Below are positions 50,977 through 59,927 of a stretch of DNA of 64,000 nt, one piece after another. The notes beneath the pieces were generated by a model that made no database searches, was not told the origin of the DNA, and was given only the letters and a program-made list of their open reading frames with translations. The stretch's first letter is position 1; each line of letters starts with the position of its first letter. The translations under genes were made by a program, and so were the position numbers. The stretch comes from an uncultured Bacilli bacterium (lineage in GTDB: Bacteria > Bacillota_I > Bacilli_A > RF39 > UBA660): NCBI GenBank assembly GCA_910588195.1, contig CAJUPN010000002.1, positions 130,375 through 194,374 of the forward strand. Direction: 5' to 3'.

Positions 50977-51954
50977 TTATTTTTTTTCAATTAAAAATTG
51001 AGCCAATTTAGAAGGATCATCATCTTTCATAACTATATCATATATTAAATCAATAATTGGTAATTTAATCTTTTTTCTACGTAAAAGAGTATAAATACTT
51101 TTTAAAGTATAATATCCCTCAACTGTTGTATTTTCTAAATATTTTTGAGCATGATCAAATTCTTTTTTTCCTAATAAAATACCATAAGAATAATTTCTCG
51201 ATTTAACACTAGTAGCTGTTAATAATAAGTCCCCAACTCCAGCAAAAGAAAGTATTGTCTTTTTATTTCCACCAAGAGCTTTAATAAGTTCTTTAATATC
51301 ATGTAATGATTCTGTAATTAAAAAGCTTCTTGTCGATTCAGAATAACCTAATCCTTCTAAAATTCCCGCTGAAACAGCTATCACATTTTTTATTGAACCA
51401 CATAATTCAACACCAACCAAATCATTAGTATAACGAATTTTAATGTTAGTTCCCTTATAAGCTGCCATTAAAATCTCTAATGTTTCTTTTGATTTAGTAG
51501 CACAAGAAAGACCAATTGGCTCTAGATTAGCAATATCTATTGCAAATGAAGGTCCTGAAATAACTGCCAAATTTCTTGTATGGATAGATTCTAAAAACAC
51601 CTCATGAACAAATCTACAAGTTTCTTGTTCAATTCCTTTAGATCCTATTACAAAGTGCATTTGCTTTGTGACAAAAGGTTTAATCTCTTTAGTAACAGAA
51701 GAAACAAATTTAGCTGCACACATAATAAATACTACTTGTGAATCAATTAAAGCCTCTTCATATGAAGTAGTTATTTTTATTGAACTATCTAAATTTAAAC
51801 CACCAAGAATTGCAAGTGACTGACGATTGCTTTCAATTTTCTTCTTAGCTTCATCTGATTCACTCCACATAATGATTTTATTTTTTTTATTTAAACTTAA
51901 AGAATGTGCCATAGCAAGAGCATAAACACCAGTACCAATAATACTTATTTTCAT
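50977..51954 (-). CDS. gpsA: NAD(P)H-dependent glycerol-3-phosphate dehydrogenase
   Basis: MKISIIGTGVYALAMA Rossmann fold. Conserved GpsA blocks (GPSFA, KNVIAVSAGI, LGGN...GVGDLLLTATS). Confidence 0.9.
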   Translation of the reverse strand: MKISIIGTGVYALAMAHSLSLNKKNKIIMWSESDEAKKKIESNRQSLAILGGLNLDSSIKITTSYEEALIDSQVVFIMCAAKFVSSVTKEIKPFVTKQMHFVIGSKGIEQETCRFVHEVFLESIHTRNLAVISGPSFAIDIANLEPIGLSCATKSKETLEILMAAYKGTNIKIRYTNDLVGVELCGSIKNVIAVSAGILEGLGYSESTRSFLITESLHDIKELIKALGGNKKTILSFAGVGDLLLTATSVKSRNYSYGILLGKKEFDHAQKYLENTTVEGYYTLKSIYTLLRRKKIKLPIIDLIYDIVMKDDDPSKLAQFLIEKK

Positions 51955-53159
51955 TCTTCTTTCATCTCCTTATTTATTCTATTCAAATTTGCCTCATATT
52001 TATTATCTAAGCATGCTTCATAGTATTTTTTATGTTTTATATTATCAGGTAAATACTGTTGTTTAACCCAATGATTTTTATAATTATGAGGGTACTTATA
52101 AAGTGGGGAAGTGGTTTTTAACCAAGGAGGAACATCTCCTGTAGAACCACTTTCAATATCCGAAAGTACCTTATCTAAAGCTAAATGAGCAGAATTAGAC
52201 TTTGGCGAAAGAGCAAGCTCAGTAACCACCACAGAAAGAGGTATTCTAGCTTCTGGTAATCCAAGCATTTCAGAAGCTTCTATAGCAGCTCTTACTTTAG
52301 GCCCCATCCCTGGATTTGCAAGACCAATATCCTCATATGCTATAACATTCATTCTACGATATATTATATCTAAATCCCCAATAACAATTAATCTTCCTAA
52401 ATAATAAAGGGCAGCATCAACATCAGACCCTCTAATACTTTTTTGAAAAGCACTTATTAAATCATAATGTCCAGAATCAGTTGCATCACCAACTAATACT
52501 GGTTTTGAATTTATTGTTTTAACAACCTCACTAGTTATATGAAATTTGGGAGCAGAGTAATAAGACATTTCTAATAAATTTAAAGCACTTCTAAAATCTC
52601 CACTAGAAAGATTCGCTATCAAACTTAAAGCATCTTTATCTAACTTACATTTTGGTAAAGCTTTTTTAGCTTTTGTTAAGCCTTCCTCTATATCTAAAAC
52701 ACTTAAATTATATAATTCAAATATTTGACATCTACTTCTAATTGCTGGATTTATTTTATAATAAGGGTTAGAAGTTGTTAAACCAATTAAAATAATTAGA
52801 CCATTTTCAATATAAGGAAGTAAAATATCTTGCTTATCTTTATTCATGCGATGAATTTCATCTACAATTAAAACAAGTTCTCCATACATTTTAGCTTCTT
52901 CAATTACAACATCAAAATCACTTTTATTATTAATAACAGCATTTAACATCCTAAATCGACAACCTAGTTCCTTAACCAAGGCATTAGCGATACTAGTTTT
53001 CCCAATTCCAGGGTTTCCAAATAAAATTATGCTAAACAACTTTTTATTTTTCACAAGATTATAAAGGACTTTCCCTTCACCAACTAAATGTTTTTGTCCA
53101 ACAACATCATGAAGTGTTTCAGGTCTTAATTTATCTGCTAGTAATTCCATATATATCAC
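51951..53159 (-). CDS. rarA: Replication-associated recombination protein A (RarA/MgsA AAA+ ATPase)
   Basis: LADKLRPETLHDVVGQKHL...ILFGNPGIGKTSIANA...DEIHRMNKDKQDILLP and the C-terminal MgsA helical domain. Its stop overlaps the gpsA start (ATGA). Confidence 0.85.
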   Translation of the reverse strand: MIYMELLADKLRPETLHDVVGQKHLVGEGKVLYNLVKNKKLFSIILFGNPGIGKTSIANALVKELGCRFRMLNAVINNKSDFDVVIEEAKMYGELVLIVDEIHRMNKDKQDILLPYIENGLIILIGLTTSNPYYKINPAIRSRCQIFELYNLSVLDIEEGLTKAKKALPKCKLDKDALSLIANLSSGDFRSALNLLEMSYYSAPKFHITSEVVKTINSKPVLVGDATDSGHYDLISAFQKSIRGSDVDAALYYLGRLIVIGDLDIIYRRMNVIAYEDIGLANPGMGPKVRAAIEASEMLGLPEARIPLSVVVTELALSPKSNSAHLALDKVLSDIESGSTGDVPPWLKTTSPLYKYPHNYKNHWVKQQYLPDNIKHKKYYEACLDNKYEANLNRINKEMKEE

Positions 53160-53268
53160 CTTAAAATATTATACCATAAAAATAGAGTACTTTAAGCAGT
53201 CTATTAAATAAAGTATCAAACATTTGTATAGAAGCTAAACATTTGTTATAATTATTCTAGGTGATACT

Positions 53269-54141
53269 ATGAATGAAGATTATTTATCAGACTTTCTTTT
53301 ATACTTAGAATTAGACTTAAATTACTCTGATAACACTATAAAATCATATGATAATGATATTGAAAAGCTTATAAAATTTTATCCTCAAAAAGATATTCTA
53401 AAATTAAGTGTTAAAGAAATTGAAAAGTACATAACAGATTTACACGAATTATCTGCCTCATCTGTAAGCAGAAATATTTCATCATTAAGAACTTTTTATA
53501 ACTACTTCTTAAAATTAGATAAAATATCTTATAATCCTTGTGATTCAATAAAACAGCCAAAACTTGGCAATCACTTACCAACATATTTAACATTAGAAGA
53601 GACAGAAAAATTATTAGATATAAAAATAGAAACTCCTTTTGATGCGAGAAACAAAGCCATACTAGAATTAATGTATGCAACAGGATTAAGAATTAGTGAA
53701 ACTATCTCTTTAGAATTTAAAAATATTGATTTAGAAGAATGTATTGTCCGAGTAATGGGAAAAGGTTCAAAAGAAAGAATAGTACCAATAAATGACTATG
53801 CAATAGAAGCTTTAGAAGATTATTTAAATAACTATCGACCATTACTTGTCAAGAATTCAGATACTAACTATTTATTTTTAAATAATCATGGGGGAGCATT
53901 AACAAGACAAGGAGTCTTTAAAATGCTAAAAAAAGAATGTCTAATAAAAGGAATAACTAAAAACATATCACCTCATACTTTAAGACATACATTCGCCACC
54001 CATTTACTTGAAAATGGAGCAGATTTAAGGATTATTCAAGAACTTCTTGGTCACTCAGATATTCAAACAACGCAGATATATACACATCTTACTAATGAAG
54101 CTTTGCATCGCGAATATTTAGAATATTTTCCAAGAAAATAA
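53269..54141 (+). CDS. xerD: Tyrosine recombinase XerC/XerD family
   Basis: N-terminal SAM-like domain (LELDLNYSDNTIKSYDNDI). Catalytic R...HTLRHTFATHLLENGADLRIIQELLGHSDIQTTQIYTHL with the terminal Tyr. Lies 3.3 kb from a dif-like site. Confidence 0.8.
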   Translation: MNEDYLSDFLLYLELDLNYSDNTIKSYDNDIEKLIKFYPQKDILKLSVKEIEKYITDLHELSASSVSRNISSLRTFYNYFLKLDKISYNPCDSIKQPKLGNHLPTYLTLEETEKLLDIKIETPFDARNKAILELMYATGLRISETISLEFKNIDLEECIVRVMGKGSKERIVPINDYAIEALEDYLNNYRPLLVKNSDTNYLFLNNHGGALTRQGVFKMLKKECLIKGITKNISPHTLRHTFATHLLENGADLRIIQELLGHSDIQTTQIYTHLTNEALHREYLEYFPRK

Positions 54142-54142
54142 A

Positions 54143-54170
54143 AAGAGGATATTAAAACCATCCTCTTTTA
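54143..54170. terminator. bidirectional intrinsic terminator (after xerD on +, after a micro-ORF on -)
   Basis: aagaggat-attaaaacc-atcctctt hairpin with T-runs on both sides. Confidence 0.55.
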
Positions 54171-54173
54171 TAA

Positions 54174-54272
54174 TTATTCATTATTAGAAGTTAATGAATC
54201 ATGACAATTTGTAGACTTTTTAGCTTTATTATTTTTAGCTTTATTTGTCTTATTTGTTCTTTTACTTTTCAT
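54174..54272 (-). CDS. putative lysine-rich micro-protein (32 aa): MKSKRTNKTNKAKNNKAKKSTNCHDSLTSNNE
   Basis: Perfect SD AGGAGG is 8 nt upstream of the ATG on the - strand. Terminated by the bidirectional hairpin. Below the ORF-track size cutoff. Confidence 0.4.
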   Translation of the reverse strand: MKSKRTNKTNKAKNNKAKKSTNCHDSLTSNNE

Positions 54273-54359
54273 ATTATTTACCTCCTGATATTATTATGTA
54301 CAATTATTGAATTAATATAATATCTATGTTAAAATTATTTTAATGGTAGGAGAGTTCTT

Positions 54360-55889
54360 ATGAAAGTAAGGAATATTTTTTATGTTTTTTTTATTGGATG
54401 TGTAATATTTTTAACAGCGTTTGTTTTATCAAACAACAAAACATATTCATATGGTATCTTAAAACAAATAAAAACTATAAATAATGCCAAAATAATAGAA
54501 TATATTGATACAGATACTGGATCTTCAATAAGCTTTAATGATGCTAAAAAATATTTTGGTGTTTCAACATACGAAGAATTATATGAAAATGGAAATATCA
54601 TTTATTTTAAAGAAGGAAAAGAAATAAATCATCAAGAGTTTATTAAAGGAAAATCCAGCGAACAAGCTGATGAGTTAGCATCTTTATATGGTAAAAATGC
54701 TTATCGTGTTCATACGACTGCAGAATTTCTACATGCTTTTGATGATATTTACCAAAATTTAAAAATAGGGGAGTTCCATATTGCTTTTTCCAAATATGAA
54801 GCAATTGATTTTGATCAAGTAGCAACTTATTATCAAAACACTTATGGAGTAAAATCCTATTACCAAAATTATTATAATTATCAAACAAAAGGAATGTGGG
54901 AACCAAATAGATTTGGTATTAACTTAAATAATGCTATTAATAATGGTGAATTAGTTCTTACTACAACTAATATTCGTCTTTCTGGTAATGAAAGAGTAGT
55001 TGTAGAAGATTTTGTAAATAAGCTATTACCATATATCCAAGGTAATGGAAGTGATTATGAAAAAATACTTGCTACATATACCTATATAATAAAAACTACA
55101 TCTTATATTGTAGATAATGGATTTACTAATGATTTATTAGCATCAAATACTTCAGTTTATGATGCACTTATCTCAAGAAAAACAACTTGTATAGGTTATT
55201 CTATTGCTTTCTCTTATATTATGGATAAATTAGGCATAGAATCATATATAGTAGATCAAATAACTGAAGCTGATGAAGCTACTGGAAGCTTTGCCTCTGT
55301 TCACACATATAATGTAGTTAAATTAAATAACCAGTTTTATAAAATAGATCTAACTGGCAATATATTCCTAGGGGGACTAAGCAATACTGAGCTTTACGAT
55401 AATAATTTAAATATATCTACCACAAAATATAATGGCACTATGAATATAAATATCGATTTTGCCATAATAGATAACATCTTAAATTCTAGTAAAAATATAA
55501 AAACTACAACAACAAGAAAAGCAGAAGCAACTACTACTACAAAAACTTATTCTTATTCAATACCTAACGGAAAAATTAGTACTACAACAAAAAAGGCAAA
55601 CTCTAATAATTCAACAGCAGACATAAAAACATCTATAGTAACAACTAAAGACTCTGAAGGTAATATAGTTACAATGCCTGTAGAAATAGACAATAATGGT
55701 GAAATCATTACAAAAGAATCTGGAGAATATCAAGAAGTTACTAATGTTCCTAACGACAAAGATAATAAAAAAAAGAAAACATTTAATTATAATTTTATTT
55801 TATTTCCACTGCTTTTTATAGGTATTATAACTTTAATACTTTTAAAATTAAAAGATAAAGGTATTATAGGAAATAAAAAGAATAAATAA
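54360..55889 (+). CDS. Membrane-anchored transglutaminase-like cysteine protease domain protein
   Basis: N-terminal TM. Core Cys-His-Asp (TTCIGYSIAF ... VHTYNVV ... KIDLTGN). Thr-rich linker and a C-terminal TM (FILFPLLFIGIITLILL). Confidence 0.6.
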   Translation: MKVRNIFYVFFIGCVIFLTAFVLSNNKTYSYGILKQIKTINNAKIIEYIDTDTGSSISFNDAKKYFGVSTYEELYENGNIIYFKEGKEINHQEFIKGKSSEQADELASLYGKNAYRVHTTAEFLHAFDDIYQNLKIGEFHIAFSKYEAIDFDQVATYYQNTYGVKSYYQNYYNYQTKGMWEPNRFGINLNNAINNGELVLTTTNIRLSGNERVVVEDFVNKLLPYIQGNGSDYEKILATYTYIIKTTSYIVDNGFTNDLLASNTSVYDALISRKTTCIGYSIAFSYIMDKLGIESYIVDQITEADEATGSFASVHTYNVVKLNNQFYKIDLTGNIFLGGLSNTELYDNNLNISTTKYNGTMNINIDFAIIDNILNSSKNIKTTTTRKAEATTTTKTYSYSIPNGKISTTTKKANSNNSTADIKTSIVTTKDSEGNIVTMPVEIDNNGEIITKESGEYQEVTNVPNDKDNKKKKTFNYNFILFPLLFIGIITLILLKLKDKGIIGNKKNK

Positions 55890-55944
55890 ATTTAAAAGAA
55901 GATAAAATAGAGAATATTATCTTCTTTTTTTCATATATTTAAGT

Positions 55945-56673
55945 ATGAATATACAAATAGCACTATTATTATCAATTTTAGCTGGTTTAGGGACTCTTCT
56001 GGGTTCAATACTAATATTTATACCAAAATTAAATAAAAGAGATTATATCCCTTTATTTTTATCAATATCAGCAACAATTATGTTAACATTTTCTATATTA
56101 GACTTAATACCTGAAAGTATTATATATATAAGAAGTAATACACGACCATTAAAAAGTCTATTTCTAATATTAGTTCCATTCATTTCTGGAGTATTAGTAA
56201 TAAAAATACTAGATAAGTTTTATAAAGAAAACAATAACTTAAAAAAAATCGGCATATTATCCTTTATTAGCTTAGCAATTCATAACTTTCCCGAAGGTAT
56301 TGCAACATTTTTATCTTCTATGGTAAGTATACGACTTGGAGTAAGTTTATCTTTTGGTATAATGCTTCACAATATTCCTGAAGGTATTTGTATAAGTCTT
56401 CCTTTATATCAAGCAACAAAAAACAAGAAAAAAGTTTTACTAACAACATTTATTGCATCAATTGCTGAGCCTACTGGAGCAATCATATCGTATATGTTTT
56501 TAAAAAATTATATAAATAATTTAACTATAAGTATTATTTTATTATTCGTAGCAGGACTAATGATAACTCTTAGCATTAATAATATTTATAAAGAAGTACT
56601 TAATAATAAGAAATATTTAATAAAAGGTATAATAATAGGTCTTATTATTAGTTTAATTGCTCTTTCTGTATAA
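55945..56673 (+). CDS. zupT: ZIP-family zinc transporter ZupT
   Basis: 8 TM segments. HNFPEGIATF and HNIPEGICISLPL motifs. Confidence 0.8.
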   Translation: MNIQIALLLSILAGLGTLLGSILIFIPKLNKRDYIPLFLSISATIMLTFSILDLIPESIIYIRSNTRPLKSLFLILVPFISGVLVIKILDKFYKENNNLKKIGILSFISLAIHNFPEGIATFLSSMVSIRLGVSLSFGIMLHNIPEGICISLPLYQATKNKKKVLLTTFIASIAEPTGAIISYMFLKNYINNLTISIILLFVAGLMITLSINNIYKEVLNNKKYLIKGIIIGLIISLIALSV

Positions 56674-56751
56674 ATAATAGTTTAAATAAGTGAATTGTTG
56701 CTATCCCTTCAAACTTATGATATCCTATTATTGAAAGTAGTGAGATGTAAA

Positions 56752-57165
56752 ATGAAAAAAGATAAAATAAATATTCTAAGTATAATAGGTCTAATAACAT
56801 CGTTCTTTTCAATAATAATTGGATCAATCTTATGCTTTGTAGCCTTATCGCAAATTAAGGATAGCAAAGAAAGAGGGAAGGGGCTTGCAATAGCTGGAAT
56901 AACAATAAATATTGTAAAAACTTTCTCTGTAGTATTAATATTTATATTATTAATTCTTGCTCCAGGAAAAGATGCCAATGAATACAAATGTAATAATTCC
57001 AGTAATTGTACATTAAATCCAGACAATTTAACCTACACCTGCATATTTGATGGAGAGGGAGTAGAGGAGTATATTACTTGTAAAAAAGCAGAGCAAAAAA
57101 ACATTGAAAATTATGGAACTGAAGATAATGAAGACACCTTCGATTATGATCGAGAAGACAACTAA
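56752..57165 (+). CDS. DUF4190-like small membrane protein with a Cys-containing acidic tail
   Basis: ILSIIGLITSFFSIIIGSILCFVALSQIKDSKERGKGLAIAGITINIV matches the DUF4190 pattern. The start is placed at the internal ATG (MKKDKINIL); the ORF track begins at 56695. Confidence 0.5.
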   Translation: MKKDKINILSIIGLITSFFSIIIGSILCFVALSQIKDSKERGKGLAIAGITINIVKTFSVVLIFILLILAPGKDANEYKCNNSSNCTLNPDNLTYTCIFDGEGVEEYITCKKAEQKNIENYGTEDNEDTFDYDREDN

Positions 57166-57489
57166 ACGAGCTACAAGCTTGTTTTTTTATTTTCCAAGTC
57201 CCCTACCTCAAAAATAATAATAGAGTAGTAAGAGAGTTAAAATTATTAAACCACTACCTTATAAAATAAAATATATATTTAATAAATAATTATTTAAAAT
57301 GAATCTATTATTATATAGTTAATATACTATAAACAGTTATAAAGCAAATCATTTATTTAAGTTGTAAATATACTTATATCTATACTTACAAACTCATTTA
57401 TAAATAATAGACCCAATAAATATATAAGTAGATATATAAGCAGGTATCTGTAGACGAGCAATTATCCATCTAAAAAACAAAAACATACA

Positions 57490-57517
57490 ACTTCATATAA
57501 TATATATTATGTTAACT
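57490..57517. other. dif: dif site (XerCD chromosome dimer resolution site)
   Basis: ACTTCATATAATATATATTATGTTAACT matches B. subtilis dif ACTTCCTAGAATATATATTATGTAAACT at 25 of 28 positions. It matches the Firmicutes consensus ACTKYSTAKAATRTATATTATGTWAACT at 27 of 28. It lies in a gene-free AT-rich zone at the gene-strand switch, with a xerD-like gene nearby. Confidence 0.75.
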
Positions 57518-57972
57518 TCTATATTTTTAATATATAGATGATTAGTTATCCATATCTATTCACTATATAAAAATAAATAATAAATATATTCATAATAAAC
57601 AGCAATATAAAACAGTTTTTATTAATATTAAATCTCTAATCCCTAAGATATTCTTATACTCTACTCCTCAGAAAATAATTTAAATAGGGGGCTTTATTTT
57701 TTATATAGAATATTTTTATTTATACATATAAAATATATTAATCTCTCCCCCTTCTATCATATTATTACGAGAAGAGGGGACTTTAAATTTTTTTCTAAAG
57801 AAAATCTATATATTTTATTGAACCTATAATCAGTTATATAAATCAAAATTATCTTAATATAACTTTATATGATCATTATCAGATGATTTATATTAAATAT
57901 TAAAAAGTATATATTCATATTATAAAAAGATAGGGCTTATAAACTTACAACTCCCCTTCTCTATTAAAAAAG

Positions 57973-57992
57973 AAAAGTGATTACACTTTTCT
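57973..57992 (-). terminator. intrinsic terminator of the HTH regulator gene
   Basis: gaaaagtg-atta-cacttttc hairpin, with the TAA stop in the loop. On the - strand it is followed by UUUUUU. Confidence 0.6.
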
Positions 57993-58757
57993 TGATTCTA
58001 TTTCAGAAATTTTTTCAAGTACTTCAGCAGCATTTTCATTATTTAATTGAGAATAACCAAGTTCTCTTAATGCTTGTACTTTTAAGGTGAATAATTGTTG
58101 TGTACGAGATAATTTCTCTTCGTTTTTAGATTCTATTTCACTTACGAATCTCTCACGACTCTCCATTACACGACTCTTAGTTGCTCCACCATTATTATAT
58201 AGTCCAAAAGCAGAGTGAATAATACCTTCAAAAATAAATTGCTTATCTTCGTTAAACTTAAATACATTAGGTTGAGTAAATCCCATTAACTTAGATAAAT
58301 ACCCCAACATATATTTAATCTCAGGAACATTATCCATACTTTGCAACATATGATACATATATTGAAGAGCATAAAAGTTTTCCTCATGGTTTGCAGACTC
58401 TACTAATTTTTCTTTTATTAAAAAAGTAATATCACTTATTAAAGCATGTTCTTCCTTTTTTAATCCTTTAAGATCTAAATAATCATTTTCTGATGCTTCC
58501 TTTACACCTTCAGTAAGTCTATTTTCAACAGCAAGTAAATAATCAGTAGTGACTTTAATTGAACTAACAGTACCTTCATCCCCATCTTCTATATCTAACA
58601 ATTTTAATAATAATATCTTCTTTTCTTTTGGCCATTTATTTATATTTTCAAGCTCTAAATAATTATAAACCATTTGTCTTGAAACCCCAAGATACTTAGC
58701 CAATCTAACTTTAGAAATACCTAGTTCTTGTAGTAATTTATTTAATTGTTCCATCAT
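57981..58757 (-). CDS. XRE-family helix-turn-helix transcriptional regulator with a C-terminal helical domain (258 aa)
   Basis: N-terminal HTH (ISKVRLAKYLGVSRQMVYNYLE). RBS AGAAGGGAAG. Size and architecture are reminiscent of RNPP/Rgg-like regulators, but this is unverified. Confidence 0.6.
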   Translation of the reverse strand: MMEQLNKLLQELGISKVRLAKYLGVSRQMVYNYLELENINKWPKEKKILLLKLLDIEDGDEGTVSSIKVTTDYLLAVENRLTEGVKEASENDYLDLKGLKKEEHALISDITFLIKEKLVESANHEENFYALQYMYHMLQSMDNVPEIKYMLGYLSKLMGFTQPNVFKFNEDKQFIFEGIIHSAFGLYNNGGATKSRVMESRERFVSEIESKNEEKLSRTQQLFTLKVQALRELGYSQLNNENAAEVLEKISEIESRKV

Positions 58758-58885
58758 CGAACTTCCCTTCTCTATTTTACATAGATATCATATCAATTTA
58801 GTCATCACGTGTCAATAGTTTACAGTAAAAATATGAAAAATAGTTGATTATTAAATATAAAGTTGCTTTACAAATAAAAAAGAGC

Positions 58886-59461
58886 CTAAGCTCTTCCTGC
58901 GTATTTTCCATCTTGAGTAGAAATTAAAACTTTTTCTCCTTGACTTATAAATAAAGGAACTTTAACTGTATGACCAGTTTCTATTTTAGCATCTTTAGTA
59001 GCATTATTAGTTGTATTTCCCTTTACAGCCTCAGATGTTTCAACTATCTCATATTCAACTTTTTCAGGTAATTGAACACCAAGCATTTCTCCATCATACA
59101 TACTTATAGTTATATCAAGTCCTTCTTTTAAAAACTTAACTTGATCAGCTATTTTTGATTCAGGTAGTTCTAATTGCTCATATGTTTCTGTATTCATAAA
59201 CACATATGAATCTCCCATTGAATATAAGTATTGCATAGGTAATCTCTCTACTCTTGCTTTTTCAATTTTTATATTAGTATTATAAGTTTCTTCAACTAAA
59301 GAACCTGTTCTCAAGTTTCTTAGTTTCATTTTCATAAATGCTGAACCTTTACCAGGTTTTACATGTTGGAATTCTTCAATTAAACAAAGTTTTCCATCAA
59401 TAATAATAGTCATACCATTCTTTATTTCATTTATATTAATATTCATGACTACTTCCTCCAA
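58886..59461 (-). CDS. efp: Elongation factor P
   Basis: GMTIIIDGKLCLIEEFQHVKPGKGSAFMKMKLRNLRTG and the KOW/OB domains. The true start may be the internal MNININ, 15 nt downstream. Confidence 0.9.
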   Translation of the reverse strand: MEEVVMNININEIKNGMTIIIDGKLCLIEEFQHVKPGKGSAFMKMKLRNLRTGSLVEETYNTNIKIEKARVERLPMQYLYSMGDSYVFMNTETYEQLELPESKIADQVKFLKEGLDITISMYDGEMLGVQLPEKVEYEIVETSEAVKGNTTNNATKDAKIETGHTVKVPLFISQGEKVLISTQDGKYAGRA

Positions 59462-59479
59462 TCTATGATAAGAATTTCT

Positions 59480-59680
59480 CTAACGTTTTCTTCTCTTACC
59501 ACTTTTTTTTGTAGACTTATTATTCTTATATTTTGGTCGAGAATCTACAACCATTTTAGCATTATTTAAGTCTACTTCCCTATAAGTAACTGTTGATGCT
59601 TGCATTTTAATAAAAGCAACATAATCAATAAAATCAGCTAGTTGTCCGTGAATTACTGGTGAATTACTCAAGTTGCTCAT
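59480..59680 (-). CDS. hypothetical small basic protein (66 aa)
   Basis: ORF between rpmG and efp. The C-terminus KYKNNKSTKKSGKRRKR is strongly basic. Unrecognised. Confidence 0.4.
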   Translation of the reverse strand: MSNLSNSPVIHGQLADFIDYVAFIKMQASTVTYREVDLNNAKMVVDSRPKYKNNKSTKKSGKRRKR

Positions 59681-59694
59681 TCCTTTCTAATTAA

Positions 59695-59877
59695 TTACTT
59701 ACCAATCTTTGTTTCTTTAAAAACTTGTACAGATTTACAAAAAGGACAATATTTTTTTATTTCTAATTTATCAGTAGTGTTTTTTGTATTTTTTTGGGTA
59801 TGTCTTCTAGTCATCTTCCCACACTTAGAACATTTTAAACCAATTGGTGTTCTAGCGTCTGTTTTTCCTTTAGCCAT
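59695..59877 (-). CDS. rpmG: 50S ribosomal protein L33
   Basis: 60 aa. C4 zinc ribbon CSKCG...CPFC with an L33-like pattern (KKYCPFCKSVQVFKETK). Confidence 0.85.
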   Translation of the reverse strand: MAKGKTDARTPIGLKCSKCGKMTRRHTQKNTKNTTDKLEIKKYCPFCKSVQVFKETKIGK

Positions 59878-59927
59878 TTTATTGCCTCCTCACTCGTCAA
59901 ACTAAGAGTATTTTAGCACAATTTTAA

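Noticed and set aside
57166-57980. An integrated Xer-dependent element (IMEX) next to dif
   Set aside because: No second dif-like or pseudo-dif 28-mer and no cargo ORFs were found in the gap. Only the single dif is supportable from the sequence.
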